From NCBI RefSeq assembly GCF_009914755.1, contig NC_060938.1: DNA of 64,000 nucleotides; one strand, written 5' to 3'. Shown in pieces: positions 1 through 14,510 of the stretch (positions within the stretch are counted from its first letter, which is position 1; every line of letters begins with the position of its first letter). Below the pieces are notes generated by a model. The model made no database searches. It saw only the letters and a list, made by a program, of their open reading frames with translations, and was not told the origin of the DNA. A program made the position numbers and the translations under genes. Origin of the DNA: the human T2T-CHM13v2.0 reference genome, Homo sapiens.

Positions 1-1040
1 CAAAACATTAACAGGGATTATGAATAACCTAGCAGCATGTATTAAGGTGACATAAGTAGAATTTGTTTTACATTTTAATACATGTATTAACAACTGAGAC
101 ATCACAAAGTAAATTTCCAATAGATCATTACAATTCTTTGCAATATCAAGCCTTCAAATAATCTCTTACAACACACAAAGAAAACACATTTGCAATTCAT
201 GCATTAAAAGTTTTAGAATCATTCATTATTAAAGTTTCAGAAGGCTGAGTAATATTATGAATTTGTCAGATTAATACATATGCATATATGATTGATGAAT
301 TATACTTTCATAACAGCCCTTTCAAGTTTAACTTTTTCTTCTAATGGGACAGGTGGTCTTCAAGCTAAACAACATTGTGAACGTAAATAAATATGAATTC
401 ATTCTTAACACCATGCATCCAGCACAGTCATTTACATGACGTTTTCTCATTCAGTTAAAAATGCCTCCAGTGAAGAGTAAACAAACAGGATAGCAAACCA
501 CTATGAAATAATTCTAAATTGAATTTTTAGTTACTCAGCTGTTACACTCATGGATTTTGATGATTTCAGTTGGAAACTCTGTATTTATGTGCATATGATT
601 TTTGTTGAGGAAAAATACACTCAACTTGTAGGCTTTTACGGAGTAACCATTTTTATTTTTTATAAAAAGAAGTCAAAAAATTTAGTTTCTGTCTGATACT
701 TTAATTGATGTTGATTTATCATATATTTATCATCCCATTTTTTTCCTGCAAAATGGACTGTACCCATCAGTGGTATCTAAAAGAAGGGCAGCAGAAGCAG
801 TCTGCTAGATGCAGTATTTCATCAATGTCATTGTTTAAAATCAACAAGCAAACTGTCTTTTAGTTGGTTTTATCATTGTTTTAAAGATTTTTAACATAAA
901 ATACACCCCTTTTTGCACACATCCTTGGTATTTTCTTCACATCACCTGTATTGCATGATTGTTAAGATTAAATAAAACTTGTGTGGACCTGGCTATTTTG
1001 ATATTGTGTGCATTTTCCTTGTCTTAAAAAATAAGTAAGC

Positions 1041-1343
1041 GGCCAGGTGCAATGGCTCAAGCTTGTAATACCAGCACTTTGGGGAGGCAGAAGCAGGCGA
1101 TCACTAGAGCTCACGAGTTCAAGACCAGTCTGGACAACATGGTGAAATCCTGTCTCTACAAAAAAATACAAAAATTAGCCGGATGTCGTGGTGCATGCCT
1201 GTAGTCCCAGCTACTTGGGAAGCTGAGGTGAGAGGATGTCTTGAGCCAAGGAGGTAGAGGCTGCAGTGAACTGAGATCGGGCTACTGCATTCTAGCCTGG
1301 GTAATAAAGCCAAACATTTTCTCCAAATAATAATAATGATAAC
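1041..1343 (+). mobile_element. AluJ-type SINE, full dimer
   Basis: Starts GGCCAGGTGC, has the A-rich linker TACAAAAAAATACAAAAATTAGCC and J-type motifs (GAGGATGTCTTGAGCC, GAGGCTGCAGTG). Tail has decayed to (TAA)n. Probable TSD AATAAGTAA at 1030-1038 and 1344-1352. Confidence 0.93.
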
Positions 1344-1839
1344 AATAAGTAATTCTAGACATAAGTGCAATTTTAATATTTGGAATAACATTTCTTCATA
1401 CATATATATATATATTTATAAAGTAAAATCCCAAGATTGTCTCCATTTGTTTTATTTGAGCTGTAAAAATGAAGTGATTATTCAAAACACTTTCACAAGG
1501 TACCTGAAAACAAAATATGTTTGCCAAATTTTTTACATAAAAATACTCTGTTCTAAATGTCCTAAATAATTAGCTCTTAACTAATACATGGGTTGATTAT
1601 GGTTAGATCATAACTATAGAAGACTACTTCATATTTCAAAATTTTTGAAATATTTCAAACATATAATCACAAAATTTTTAAATATATAAATTGTAGTAAA
1701 ATAGTTACATAAAATATAATTTATTAGTTTATTTTAGATACTTTCTATCTCTACTGAATTATGTAGCATTAGATCATACTTTACATATGGACAGATTATG
1801 TGACTAAGTAGTAGACATATAAAGCCTAGGTTTTATAAA

Positions 1840-2880
1840 GCACTTCTGTATCTGCTGATGACTAATCATATTGAGCACCATTTCATATGATTATTGACAA
1901 CTTAGTTATTTTCCCCTGCTAAGTGTCAAAAGTTAGGTTGTAGCCCAGGGTGGTGTTGTATGCCTATACTCCTAGCTACTTAGGAGGCTGAAGTGGGAGG
2001 ATCCCTTGAGCCCCGGAATTCGAATCTAGCCTGGACAGCATAGGGATATCCTGTCTCTCAAAAAAAAAAAAAAAAAAAAGGTTGTTGAAAATTTCTTATT
2101 AATTTATAAAAGTTCTTTATATATGTCCTAGATATGAGTCCTTTGTTTTAGATATACATCGTAAATATCTTCTCCCGTTTGTTGCCTTGCATCCTGGCTT
2201 TCTTAATGGTGACTTTTGAGGAAAATAAATTTTAGCAAAGTATAATATATCAGTCAATTTCTTTATAATTATGTTTCAATTTTTTCCAAGTGTATCAACA
2301 AAAACCTGACTTAGTTCAAAATTAGGAAAATATTCCATTCATCCTCAAGAAACTTGTTTCACAATTCAAATTAATTTTATAATCTGTGTGCATTTATTTT
2401 TTGTGTATGGTATTAGATAGAGTCAAAGTTACCTTGGTAACTTGGTATCTACTTGATCTAGAAACTTTACCTTTCTCCACGGTTACTTTAGCAATATCTT
2501 TATCAGAATTTAGTGACTACATATGCATCAGACTATTTTTGGTCTCCCTATTCTGCTGAATCAGTTTTTTTTTGCATCTCCTTGCACCAATATCTCTTAA
2601 TATTTGGTGCTGTATGACCTCCAACACTGTTCTTCCTCAAATGAGTCTTTGATCTTTTCTTCCTTTTTTGCCTTCATTTTGGAATCAGCTTGTCAAATTT
2701 CATTTCAAATCTGCTGAGATTTTTTATTGGAATTGAATTATATCTATAGATCATTATGGAGGAAATATCTTAACCATATAGAGACTTCTAATTGATGAAC
2801 ATAGTGTAATTTCCCCATGGATTTATTACTTTAATATGATTTTTTTTAAAAAAATTCATTTTAATACTTGCTCTAGAATG
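1840..2880 (-). mobile_element. Old L1M (L1ME/L1MC-like) ORF2 3' fragment, interrupted by a FLAM
   Basis: Degenerate antisense L1 motifs CTGATGACTAATCATATTGAGCAC, AGTTCTTTATATATGTCCTAGATATGAGTCC and GGAATTGAATTATATCTATAGATC. Confidence 0.65.
1943..2078 (+). mobile_element. FLAM (free left Alu monomer)
   Basis: About 120-bp monomer CCTAGCTACTTAGGAGGCTGAAGTGGGAGGATCCCTTGAGCCC...CCTGTCTCTC plus an A tail. AGGTTGT flanks it at 1935-1941 and 2079-2085. Confidence 0.85.
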
Positions 2881-2937
2881 CACAACCTGCATTTTGATTA
2901 ATTGGCATCTAACTTTAAGTAGAACTTTAGGCAGCTC

Positions 2938-2947
2938 CAAGATGGCC
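2938..2947 (+). promoter_or_regulatory. YY1 site of the L1 internal sense promoter
   Basis: CAAGATGGCC at the canonical position at the L1 5' terminus. Confidence 0.75.
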
Positions 2948-3033
2948 AAATAGGAACAGCTCCAACCTGCAGCTCCCGGCACGATCGACACAGAAGACAG
3001 GTGATTTCTGCATGTCCAACTGAGGTACCTGGT

Positions 3034-3366
3034 TCATCTCACTGGGACTGGTTGGACAGTGGGTGCAGCCCATGAAAGGTGAGCTGAAGCAGGGCAGGGC
3101 GTCGCCTCACACAGGAAGCACAAGGGATTTGGGGATTTCCCTTTCCTAACCAAGGGAAGCCGTGACAGACTGTACCTGGAAAAATGGGACACTCCCACCC
3201 AAATACTGTCTTTTTCCCAAGGTCTTAGCAACCGGCAGGCCAGGAGATTCTCTCCTGTGCCTGGCTCAGCAGATCCCATGCCCATGGAGACTTGCTCACT
3301 GCTAGCACAGCAGTCTGAGATCAACCTGCAAGGCTGCAGCCTGGCAGGCAGAGGGGCGTCTGCCAT
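3034..3366 (-). CDS. L1 antisense ORF0 homologue, 110 aa, open frame (expression unknown)
   Basis: MADAPLPARLQPCRLISDCCASSEQVSMGMGSAEPG...IWVGVSHFSR aligns to recalled L1HS ORF0 (MAGAPPPASLPPCSLISDCCAS...VGVTRFSR). ATG at 3366-3364 lies in a GCAATGG Kozak context. Confidence 0.6.
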   Translation of the reverse strand: MADAPLPARLQPCRLISDCCASSEQVSMGMGSAEPGTGENLLACRLLRPWEKDSIWVGVSHFSRYSLSRLPLVRKGKSPNPLCFLCEATPCPASAHLSWAAPTVQPVPVR

Positions 3367-3941
3367 TGCTGAGGCTTGAGTAGGTAAACAAAGCAGCCAG
3401 GAAGTTTGAACTGGGCACAGCCCAGCACAGCTCAGCAAGGCCTACTACCTCTGTAGACTCCACCTTTGTGGGTAGGGCATAGTAGAACAAAATACAGCAG
3501 AAACTTCTGCAGACTTAAACGTCTGCAGTTCTGAAGAGAGCAGTGGTTCTCCCAGGGTGGTGTTTGAGCTCTGAGAATGGACAGACTGCCTCCTCAAGTG
3601 GGTCCCTGACACCCATGTAGCCTAACTTGGAGACACCTCCCAGTAGGGGCCGACAGACACCTCATACAGGTAGGTGCCCTTCTGGGATGAAGCTTCCAGA
3701 GGAAGGATCAGGCAGGAATATTTGCTGTTCTGCAGCCTCTGCTGCTGATACCCAGGCAAAGAGGGTCTGGAGTAGACCTAGAGCAAACACGAACAGAGTT
3801 TCAGGTGAGGGACATGACTGTTAGAAGGAAAACTAACACACTGAAAGGCATAGCATCAACATCAACAAAAAGGACATCCACACCAAAACCCTATCTGTCA
3901 GTCACCAACATCAAAGACCAAAGGTAGATCAAACCACAAAG

Positions 3942-4965
3942 ATGGGGAGAAACCAGAGAAGAAAAGCTGAAAATTCTAAAAACCAGAGCACCTCTTCTGC
4001 TCCAAAAGGTCGCAGTTCCTCACCAGTAACCAAACAAAGCTGGACAGAGAATGACTTTGACGAGTTGACAGAAGTAGGCTTCAGAAGTTTGGTAATAACA
4101 AACTTCTCCAAGCTAAAGGAGCATGTTCTAACCCATCGCAAGGAAGCTCAAAGCCTTGAACAAAGGTTAAATGAATGGCTAACTAGAATAAACAGTGTAG
4201 AGAAGACCGTAAATGACCTGATGGAGCTGAAAACCATGGCACAAGAACTTTGTGACACATGCACAAGCTTCAATAGCCAATTAGATCAAGTGGAAGAAAA
4301 GATATCAGTGATCAAAGATCAAATTAATGAAATAAAGTGAGAAGACAAGATTAGAGAAAAAAGAGTAAAAAGAAATGAACAAAGCCTCCAAGAAATATGG
4401 GACCATGTGAAAAGACCAAATGAACATTTGATTGGTGTACCTGAAAGTGATGGGGAGAATGGAACCAAGTTGGAAAACACTCTTCAGGATGTTATCCAGG
4501 GAAACATCCCCAATCTAGCAAGGCAGGCCAACATTCAAATTCATGAAATACAGAAACACCACAAAGATACTCCTCGAAAAGAGCAAACCGAAGACACATA
4601 ATTGTCAGATTCACCAAGGTTGAAATGAAGGAAAAAATGTTAAAGACAGCCAAAGAGAAAGGTTGGGTTATACACAAAGGGAAGCCCATCAGACTAACAG
4701 CAGATCTCTCAGCAGAAACCCTAGAGCCCGAAGAGAATGAGGGCCAATATTCAACATTCTTAAAGAAAAGAATTTTCAACCCAGAATTTCATATCCAGCC
4801 AAACTAAGCTTCATAAGTGAAGGAGAAATAAAATCCTTCACAGACAAGCAAATGCTGAGAGATTTTGTCACCACCAGGTCTGCCTTAGACGAGCTCCTGA
4901 AGGAAGCAGTAAACGTGGAATGGAACAACCGGTACCAGCCACTGCAAAAACATGCCAAATTGTAA
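3942..4965 (+). pseudogene. L1 ORF1p remnant
   Basis: MGRNQRRKAENSKNQSTSS..., IGVPESDGENGTKLENTLQD, KGKPIRLTADLSAETL. Premature TGA at 4338-4340 and later frameshifts. Confidence 0.93.
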
Positions 4966-5027
4966 AGACTGTTGATGCTATGAAGAAACTGCATAAATTA
5001 ATGGCAAAATAACCAGCTAACATCATA

Positions 5028-7823
<2,796 letters not shown>

Positions 7824-8170
7824 ACAATGAGAACACTTGGACACAGGATGGGGAACATCACACACCAGGTCCTGTTGGGGGGTGGGGGGCTCGGGAAGGG
7901 ATAGCATTTGGAGAAATACCTAATGTAAATGATGAGTTGATGGGTGCAGCAAACCAACATGGCACATGTATACCTATGTAACAAACCTGCACTTATACCT
8001 TAGAACTTAAAGTATAATAAAAAATAGAATTTTAAGTTCAGCTTAAAACATTAAGATTGTTTAAAAATTTCCCTCACACTTTCTTTTTGTACTCGTATCA
8101 TAAAATATACTTCCACATATATTCTAAATCCCAGAAACAACTAAATCATGTATTTATCAAAGTAAATGCA

Positions 8171-8305
8171 TGTTTGTTTGTTTGTTTGTTTTTAGATGAA
8201 GTCTCACTATGTTGCCCAAGTTTTACTCAAACTCCTGGGCTCAAGTGATCCTGCCACCTCAGCCTCCTGAGTAGCTGGGACTACAAGAATGCATCAGCAT
8301 ACTCA
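8171..8305 (-). mobile_element. FLAM monomer with (TTTG)n tail
   Basis: GTCTCACTATGTTGCCCAAG...ACTCCTGGGCTCAAGTGATCCTGCCACCTCAGCCTCCTGAGTAGCTGGGACTACA. Confidence 0.8.
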
Positions 8306-8329
8306 ATTCCATATTGAATTCTTAATTTC

Positions 8330-8680
8330 ATCCAAGGTCAAAAAGTCTAATCTACATGTAATTGGAATATTGGGCAGAGAGAAAATAGAGGACAGAGGGG
8401 GGAGAGAAATTACAGAAACCATATCAAAAGAAATATTGACCATGTTTATTCCCCAGTGTCAGAAGACATTAAGCCACAGATTCTAAGAGTTCTTCTGATT
8501 CCTACTGACATCTTAAAGCTTAATTGAAGTTAAATTCTAGAACTTCCTCTATAAGCAAGTTACATACAAGGTACATGCAACATAAACCACACCTATGACA
8601 CACCCTAGAAAAACCAGTGACAAAGAGTAATTACTAAATACCGTCAGTAAAATGGACACTTAATCTTTAAAGGATGTCTT
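8330..8680 (+). mobile_element. Ancient L1/HAL1 ORF1-region fragment
   Basis: AAGTCTAATCTACATGTAATTGGA, GACATTAAGCCACAGATTCTAAGA and AAAACCACACCTA resemble old L1 ORF1. Confidence 0.5.
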
Positions 8681-8854
8681 AAAATAAATGTATTTTAATA
8701 TGTTATGCTTAAAAACAAATATAATAACATGTCTGAATTATATATAATTTCCTCATCAATGTCTGAGATATTTAGTTATTTATGTCAATAAATTCTAGAA
8801 TAGATAAGCTATCATAAACAAATGCATAAAAATAATTTTTTAAAAATTGTGTGT

Positions 8855-9190
8855 GCCAAGATAATCTTTGTTTTGCTGCAGTAATAAATACCACTCCCAT
8901 CTCAAACACTAATGGCTTACAATAAAAAGGTGTGTGTCCATGACATGTCTATATCTTACTTTCTTTCTCCAGGATCTAGAATGATAGAGAGTACACAGTT
9001 TGGAGCATTATTGGTCACCATGACAAAGTAAAGAGAGCATGATTATTTACTTTTTTGCCCTTACAATGTCTGCCAATAATAAATTATGACATTTTATTGT
9101 CAATGGAAATCATATGGTCATATAGTCAGTAAGTTGAGATGGTGTCTAGAGGAAAACCATAGATCATGGAGAACAATGAGCAAAGGCCTC
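8855..9190 (-). mobile_element. MaLR LTR remnant (MLT1L/K-like)
   Basis: TGCTGCAGTAATAAATAC...TGGCTTACAATAAAAAGG and CCAGGATCTAGAATGATAGAG...GGTCACCATGACAAAG. Confidence 0.5.
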
Positions 9191-9869
9191 ATGTTTTTCT
9201 TTTCTCTATCTCATTATTGTATGTAGCTGTGGAGGAGAGGGGAGGAGACCACTCGTGTTTTCATTTTACATTGCTTTCATTTTGTTTTTCTGTTTATAAG
9301 TATATAAACATTAGAGCTGATTATAATTACTCTGAATATCCTTTTTCTGAGAAAATGGTAAGTTTGCATGTTTCTGCTGTATTGGTGCATATCTTGCCAG
9401 GAAAACAGTCATCTAAGTATTCTGAATATAAATTAATATAGGAATTGAGATTTACATGAATGTGAAGGAAATGGGGAAGCAAAGCACAGGGAAGGCCTTT
9501 TGAAAAGGCAGGAAGCTGCCACCATAAGGTTAGAGAAACAGTGACCACCTTGGCATGACATATTGAAGAATGTGTTTGTCAAAAGCTACCAAGAAATCAT
9601 TGACTTTTAAAAGGAAATTCTAAACAAGTTTCCTACACTTATCTCGGTAGGCAGCATCATAGCGGTGCTTTCGATTCTCACCAACAGGCAGCTGTAAATC
9701 CCACATCTGCTCACATGTCTGCTAGTAATCACTTCCAGGTAATAATGACCTCTGTTTCTTTCTTGCTTTCTAAGAGAAGATTTTAGGAAATATAGTTCCA
9801 AGCTTCTCCACTGTTATGTAAAGGAAATTTTAAAAGTGTATGGTGATAATACTGAATTGCTAACAGATA

Positions 9870-10180
9870 ATTCAGCCATCGTACTAATTTGAGGTTAGAT
9901 GTAGTTGTATAATTTCTTCTGGCCAATGAAATATGAGAAGTACTGTGTCACTTCCTAACAACCTATTATTATGAGAGTCCAGGAGTTGTTGCAAGTTTCT
10001 CCCACACACGGAGATGATGGAAGCATGTATCAAGATGAATCTTCATCAGCCTGGGTCTCTGAGTGATTATAATGAACAGAGTCACCCTTCAAACCCACCT
10101 TGGATGGGTAATATGCTCAAGAAATAAAGTTTTGTCACATTAAGTCACTGAAATTTTGTTACTATAGCCTGACTATCCTA
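9870..10180 (+). mobile_element. MaLR LTR (MLT1I/H-like)
   Basis: TTCTGGCCAATGAAATATGAG, CATCAGCCTGGGTCTCTGAGTGA and AAGAAATAAAGTTTTGT..TAAGTCACTGAAATTT. Confidence 0.6.
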
Positions 10181-10184
10181 ATGC

Positions 10185-10199
10185 ACAACAACAAAATCA

Positions 10200-10241
<42 letters not shown>

Positions 10242-10590
10242 CACACACACACAATCTTGCTGGCTTAAAGTAAGACAGTATTATTTCTTTATATATCACA
10301 TCACATCAATCTAAAGTTTGTACAAGGTCACTGTTTTGGTCATTCTCACTCCAGGACCAAGCTGTTGAAACAGCTATCATACTTGATGCTGCCGTCACAG
10401 TGACAGAGGGAAAAATAACTAGTTCTTATTGGTTATTTGCAGAAATGGTCTAATTTACCTAAATTTATTGGACAAAGCAAATCACAAAAATGTACTTAAT
10501 TTCTGCAATGCAGGTAAGTGCAATCTTGTCATGTGCCTGAAAAAAAATATGAACTAAAATACTTACTAATATTCCTGATGACTGCCTCCT
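10185..10590 (-). mobile_element. MaLR LTR remnant (MLT1L-like) containing a CA repeat
   Basis: AATCTTGCTGGCTTAAA, CTCACTCCAGGACCAAGCTG, GTGACAGAGGGAAAA, ATTGGACAAAGCAAATCAC and AAGTGCAATCTTGTCATGTGCCTG. Confidence 0.55.
10203..10253 (+). repeat. (AC)18 microsatellite with an interrupted extension
   Basis: Directly visible. Confidence 0.97.
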
Positions 10591-11529
10591 TGGCAAGAAA
10601 CTCGAAGAGATAATGAATGACAATTATAGGTTATGAAAGGATTTTCACAAGATAGAAAGGTAAGTTCAGTTACAAGATATAAAATCCAAGAGGAGTATAA
10701 ATAAAGTTCTATATTCAAATCCCCAAGAATCAACTCAGAAAGAAAAATCTTTCAGGAGTTATAGTTAAAAATAAACAAATAAAAAACCAAAATACTGGTA
10801 CTATTTTATTAAAAAGATTCAATTCCTAGTAGCAAATGATTTTTAAAGAGGGAAATTTATCCCTTAATCTTAAATATTTCTGTGGCACACTTGTGATTTT
10901 TGAGAACCACATTGGAAAGAGTATAAAAAATTCCACACTAGTATTAAACTAAAGCCATTCAAATATATTTTAGGGAGAATAAGGGAATGAATTATTGAAA
11001 ATTCTGGAAATGATTATTCTTCAGAACAAATTTCATAATTTAATAACATCTATTTTGATATATTTTGAAGAGAATTATACCAGTTCTTATTCAAAGAGAG
11101 AAAAAGTGTTGAAACAATAGGAGAGATTTCAGTCTAATGTAAGGAAGAATTGTATGACATCTTTCAGAGCAAAAACAAAAGACAATAATAGCAATAACAA
11201 TAAAACAATTAATCAGAGAAATACTGTAGAAAATTCCATCTATAAATAACTAACAAAGAATGTATTAAGCACTGTCTTGTTGATGTTATTAAAATATTCT
11301 TATTGTATGAGAGGTTTGTTATGCCTGAGATGGTTAGAGATTGTATTTCATCATATACTCAAAGAAGGAAATTATAGGTCAAGCAGAATATATAGCAGCA
11401 TTTTGAAAAGGGAGTTAATTTTGAATTTCAGACAATTTCAGTATGATATCCAAAAAATTACTTTATTGAAGTAGTTTTATGTACAATTATTATTTCATCT
11501 AGGTAAGAAGCATGGTTATCATGTTTTCA

Positions 11530-11940
<411 letters not shown>

Positions 11941-13391
11941 GAAAGAATCAGGCTAAAACAAAAATGAATCAGATTTTAAGCAAGTAAAATTATTGGCAAT
12001 AGTTTTTGTTCACTTTGGTATGAGGGTATATGTGAAAATCAGAGATCAATGTTTTAACACTTGTAAATATGTTTTAAAGTTGACACAAACATTTCTTCTC
12101 AAATATGTATTTTAATATAGAATATCAGGAAAACAATAATGAATTTTATATAGAATATACCTTAAACAATGAAAAGTAATCCAAATATTAAAGACATACT
12201 ATTGTCTTAGAAGAAAGAAAAAGATTCATCTTTTATAAAAGTAAAAAATATGTATTATAATAAGCAGAGTCACACTCACACTGTTGTGTTCTCACATAAC
12301 AGAGTTAATTTTATACTTACTTTTTAAATAAGAGTGCATGATGGTTTCTGGACATACATCATTGAGAAGTTCCTTACAAAGGAATTATACCTTTGCTATA
12401 TGAAAGATCTCTATACTATGGGTCAAGGTAGAGGATAATCTATTCCTTTACACATTCACAAAAGAGTTGTGGAGTCAGTCTTAAAAAGTCTAATACCCAG
12501 GCAATAAATAAAGTCTATCCGGCTTATGTACCGTTGATAAAAAGGCTGTTTCTCTTGACCAGTTATATGCACAGTAATGAATGCAAAACTATTCTTTAGA
12601 CTCGCCAGCAGATCTGAATTAATCTAATACATTTTTGTTTCAGAATACATTTGTGATTTCCATTAGAGGGATAATGCAATTTTAAGTTTTGTAATTAGTA
12701 AAGGCAATAGATCATACAAAGGTGACTAATTTTATGTTATATCTAGTATCAATATATATACTAATTTTAAAACAAAAAGGGAAGAATATTTGAATATACT
12801 CATGATTCAATGTAAAAGTAAACCTTTAATGAAATAGCTTGAAAAATACCATTTTGTTATTTAAAAATAAATGCAATTCAAGAAGCCAATACTTACCCAG
12901 GCATAACATATGTATAGCATTACAACAGTAAGGTCAAACTTTTGAAAGTTCAAGAATTCACAGATGACATGACACTGAAATTTAGACTAAACCTTGTGCT
13001 AGTTGAATAATTATATCCCATAACTTGAAAACTGAATTTGTGAAATAAATCAGTAATAGGCTTCTTATCCCAGACTTGCTGTTTGGTGTCTGCTAATTAA
13101 TGTGTGAAATCATTAAAAAATAGAAAAATTGAGTTGTTTTCAGACCCAGTGAAGACTTGAAATTATTTAAATGAATGTAATCTCATGTCAGTTCTTCAGT
13201 TCACAACATTTTTATTCCTATTTTCTACCTTTACAGTTGCTACTTATTGCTAATTTAGACAAAAATCTTTAGATGTGTTTACAAAGTCAACATACAATAT
13301 ACATTTTGAAGTGGAAAACTTTCATTGCTTGTGGTAATGAGATCTAAAAAGTCATAATTTGATTTATTAATTAGAAACTGAGTGTTGTGTT

Positions 13392-13657
13392 TTATATAGA
13401 AATATATATATAAATTTATATATTTCTATATATAGAATCTATATATAAATTCTATATATAAATCTATATATAGAAATATATATAAATTTATATATATATT
13501 TCTATATAGATATTATATATAATATATATTCTATATAGAATATATAGAATATAGAATATATATATTTCTATATATATTTATATATATTTCTATATATAGA
13601 TATATAAGTATATATATCTATATATATATTTATATATATAGAAATATATATATATAT
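13392..13657. repeat. TA-rich low-complexity quasi-palindromic tract
   Basis: Built from TATATAGAAA / TTTCTATATA / TAAATTTA modules. Confidence 0.93.
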
Positions 13658-14009
13658 GGAATGAAAAAGTGAGATTTGGTTTTACTCCCTAAGGAGTCTA
13701 CAATGTAATTGGGGAATAGAGATTTAGCAGGGGTGGGGGGCAGTGCTGGGGAGAACATATGATTTTACCAAAGAATGTGAAATCTGCAAGATTCCTTAAA
13801 TACAATAGAATCTGTCTTCCTCATACTGCACAATCAGTAGGAGCAAAACAAAACAAAACAAAAAGTTTCGAAACTTTCTCAAAGCCCTTCAAAAATTAGT
13901 GACCAACACAAGAATAGAACTCAGGTGAAAGGCTGAATGGAGTAGGCAATGTTAATGACTTCCTACACAGAAAATTTCTGAAGCAGCCACCTAATTTTAT
14001 GCATATAAC

Positions 14010-14510
14010 TCACCTTTAAACTCACAGAACCTCAGTTGCCTGGTATATAAAACCCTCCTGTTATGGGTTGAATTGTCTCCCATGTAATATTTATATGTTG
14101 AAGTCCTAACCCCTACTATCCCAGAATGTGGCTGTATTTGAAGATAGGGCTTTTAAAAAGATAATTAAGGTAAAATGAACTGATCATAAGTGAGTCATGA
14201 TTTAATAAGACTGCTGTCCGTCCATGTAAGAAGAGGAAATTAGGATACAAACACACAGAAGATCATGCAAAAACAATGGGAGAAGATAGCCAAGGAGAGA
14301 GACTCTTAGAAGAAACCAACCTTGTCAACACTTTGAACCATTAACCTCCAAAACTGTGAGGAAATACATTGTTGTTTAAATCACAGCCTGTGGTACTTTG
14401 TTAGGGCAACCCTAACAAACTAATATACCTTCTAAAGCATAGAGTTCGCATAAAGATTAAACAGGATTATATATGCAAGTCATTTTGCATACAAAAGGTA
14501 CTCAGTTCTA
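14010..14510 (+). mobile_element. MIR fragment split by an MLT1 LTR
   Basis: CAGAACCTCAGTTGCC..TATAAAA on the left; AAAGATTAAACAGGATTATATATGCAAG..GGTACTCAG on the right. Confidence 0.5.
14059..14427 (+). mobile_element. MLT1B/MLT1A0-like MaLR solo LTR
   Basis: TGTTATGGGTTGAATTGT...TGTTGAAGTCCTAACCCC...CAACCCTAACAAACTAATATA. 5-bp TSD CCTCC / CCTTC. Confidence 0.85.

Noticed and set aside
430-500. TGACGT and forkhead GTAAACAAAC motifs
   Set aside because: Isolated short motifs with no supporting evidence.
9166-9801. Short ORFs of 64-91 aa in unique sequence
   Set aside because: No recognisable domain, coding-like composition or consistent splice context.
12889-12900. U1 snRNA 5'-end similarity (ATACTTACC)
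   Set aside because: The match stops after 9 nt and there is no U1 body. It is better read as an antisense splice-donor motif.
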